Source of the DNA: Schizochytrium sp. TIO01
Lineage: Eukaryota; Protista; Bigyra: Labyrinthulomycetes
Length of the DNA: 64,000 nucleotides
Assembly (NCBI GenBank): GCA_004764695.1
Contig: SMSO01000032.1
Span: forward strand, 1,798,001-1,862,000
Direction of reading: 5' to 3'
Shown: positions 61,001-64,000 of the stretch, piece by piece
Layout of the letters: every line of letters starts with the position of its first letter
Position numbering within the stretch: the first letter of the stretch is position 1
The notes under the pieces: model-generated
Seen by the model: the letters and a program-made list of their open reading frames with translations, nothing else
Told to the model about the DNA's origin: nothing
Databases searched by the model: none
Made by a program: the position numbers and the translations under genes

Positions 61001-64000
61001 ATCAACAATAAAAAATAAAATAAAATAGAAAAGCAGGCAAGTTTCAAGACTCGCTCAGCAATGAGGAGGAGGAGGGTGGCGAGGGGAAGGAGTAATGTCG
61101 AGGACTGATTCGAATGGGTGCCTGGCTAGGATCAGAGTTGAAGAAGCAAGAAAGCTGACACTTTCTGGGTGGCGGCGCCCGTCGGCATGGCGACTGCATC
61201 CTCCCTTCGCGAGCTCTTCCACCTATCTCCCAGCCAGGCAGGTAAACTGTCTGTATTTTATGATGGATCAAAGGAAAAACACTCCGTCTTACCGCCGCAA
61301 TTGACAGATAAAACTTTCAATACCACGTGACCTGGTGCACTCAGACTTCTTTCAAGGGTTTGGAGGCGCCACAGGCCTCAGTACAGATGGATATTGAAGG
61401 GCAGACAAGGAGGGTGACGAGAATTACATGCATCGTCTGATGAAGTGACGCTAGTCTCGAGCAAACTCTCGCTGCCGTGCTGTCTAAAACAAAGATCAAA
61501 GATGTTTTCTACTTGTCCTTTTTTCTTTTATTTGCGGTGACCAAACTGTGATGGTATTCACGAACAAAAAATCAACTTTTAAGTTGAGATTTGTTAGTCA
61601 ATGAGGAGAAGATATTGTGCTTTGTTGAGCAACCCGCACAACGCGGGCAACCATGCACAAAACCTCGCCTCTCATCTTGTGCTTTGTGCAAAAAAAAGAG
61701 TGCACTCGACGCTTTATGCTTCTCAACACAATCGCTACCGCCTCTTCAACTGCAAAAGTTGCTCATTGCCGTCGATCGAAGTGCTCTTCAGGGAGTCAAA
61801 GCATAATTTTCTCTCTTACCGCACTCTCCTTTTTAACAGGTGGCCTTGGCTACTCTGGGACCCATCCCGTCGAGAGAAACCTTGCCTTTTTAGAGAAAGA
61901 CCTGGACGTCGGACGCTTCTGGGCAGAGTGCTAGTCGCTACTTAGCTCTTGTTATCAACAGCGCGATTGCCGTACTCCTAGAGTTAGTACCTAACAGTGA
62001 ACACATAGGTAGAGTAGTGCAGATTGTCAAGCTCTGTTGTATCTAAAGAGCAGCTTAGTGTGGTATAGATGAGTACTACTAATGGGTCTACAAAAAGAGA
62101 CAGACTTATGAAACTGCGTGTTGATGTCTTCTCCAAACAACGACTTTTAGATTAGAACCACTAGACATTTGAAAGCAACACTCACTCGAGAGAGCGGTTT
62201 CTGCTCGCAGAAATGCGGCTGGAGTATTGTAAGCTACCTGGAAAGGAAATCTGTTCGTCGCCTACACATTTGTGCGTTATTGAAGCAAAAAAAAAAAGCA
62301 GATACAAAAAAAACCTCGCTCGTTAAAGCCGGGCATTTGTACCATTCGGGAGACGCCATTGAATTGCTCGGAGCGCTGTTCGTGCGCTCAAGTTATTAGA
62401 AGTACACCCGCACCACTCTAGCATGTATTCAATCAAACAGTGACAATCAAATTCGCAATTGTCGTCAAAATGCGAAAATCTCATGGGAGTCACAATTTGT
62501 GTATCCCTGTAAGCCCATGCCTCGATGGTTTCCTTGCATGTGAGTGAGATGCAGTATGTAAAAATGACGGAGATCCACGTACCAAATATTTTCATCATAA
62601 AGAAGCAGCACCGTTCTGATTGCTAAAAAGCTCAGTAAATATCAGAATATGCCGAACTAAAAACCTTAGGTTGAATAGTGGAAAGATCATGCATGTCCTA
62701 CTAGCATAATAGCTCTTGCTTCGTGGCAAACGGAACAGGCTGAAACACTGGAAAATTACCAGTTGTGTCTCGGTTTTCATCCTTGCATTCCAAGCTTTTA
62801 ATGGTGTATCCTGGTAATCATTTTTAGGTGGCTGCGCCTGTCTCAAACAAAGCTGTAACAGAGACAGCATACCTTATCGACAAGCCACTCCTTGCACATG
62901 GTTCTACACTAATGTGAGCTTGCTCATCTCTCACTCGCTTTCTCGCTTCAATAAGTCAAACAGGCCGTGTTGTTCTTTACCATGGACTGAATGATGAAAG
63001 AAAAAGGGATTTAAGTCTGCTCCGAAGCGTAGGACAAAAGATGGGTCGTTACCGCGAAAAGAACCTTAAGTACTTTGGGGGGTATCGCCCCATCTCCCAT
63101 CACGCTGTTTTCAAAAGACTGTTCGTACAAAGACCCTGTTTGCAAAACTCTGGTGTATTAACTATCCCATGCTTAAGTTTTCCCCCTCTCATTTTGATCA
63201 CTGTAAAAGACAGAAGAAAAATGCCTGTTCCCACGGGCGGTCGAGCACACACTGGGCAACCTCTGTCATTAAAAGAAAATGCACACCGGCAACTTGCACA
63301 GCAGATCTTTAGCGAATCGTTGTCCCCAGCACTCAAGCCGAGAGGGCTGTTTAAAACGGCAAGGTCTCCAAGCAGAGGCACCGAGGCTGTAGGTAAATCA
63401 TCTTCAAGCAAGCAAATGCACAGATATGCGATTAGAGAGCCCTGATCGCTTCAAGTGATCTCTTCAGATGTGTGAAAACAAAGAAACACTGGTAGAGCTC
63501 TTCTCCGCGTTGGCGAGATCCACTTTAGAGCCAACTTACTTATTCAAAAGTCAACTATTGAGTGTCCTTTACCAATGATTCGGCGTCTCTACTAGCATCC
63601 AGAGAGCACTCACTATCTAGGTGCACATGAGCAAACGAGCAACTGGATGTTGACTTTGAAACCACGATTATTTGAAGCAAATTGGCAGTTCGCCGTTCGT
63701 GTGCACTCAGCTTCAAAATTCCTAACCCACCCCAGGCGGTCTCCTTATCCACCTAACTATGATACCTTGGTGGCGGCCTCCTCATTCTCATGAAATGGAA
63801 AGGCTGTTCCTCCAGATAGGTCCTTTTACTTATTTGGCAAAGATTTATGCTATATTCTACACCTCTTATTGCGGCTTCTCAAACAGCTTTACGATAGGAA
63901 GGGAAAACTACCTCGGTACCTATTGAGCGTGGGTCGGCAAACGTAGCTTTTATAACGCAGACGTCTCTCCATACTTCGTCAGCACAACCAGGACTCAAGA

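Overview
Eukaryotic genomic DNA: compact genes with few, short GT-AG introns and microsatellite-rich intergenic DNA. The style suggests a heterotrophic protist such as a thraustochytrid/stramenopile, which is inference only. The left half holds a ~5.9 kb inverted duplication (1..5880 and 23976..29865). Each arm encodes a giant type-I membrane protein with PAN/apple domains, and the two copies differ mainly in three clustered patches. The arms bracket an 18 kb block with prominin-like, claudin-like, HSPA13-like, ankyrin-repeat and MAPK15/ERK7-like genes. Next come dapB, EMC5/MMGT1, MED22, a membrane-anchored TLDc protein, an F-box/multi-TM protein and an SLC6 transporter. The main hidden feature is not resolved by the ORF track: a decayed IS607-like transposon on the minus strand (~42.3-44.3 kb). 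It carries a serine-recombinase TnpA overlapping a Fanzor2/TnpB RNA-guided nuclease gene, followed by a candidate omegaRNA. Both genes were reconstructed by hand across frameshifts and stops. The last ~14 kb has no convincing intact gene. Two single-base CCC->CC frameshifts in otherwise intact genes look like assembly errors.
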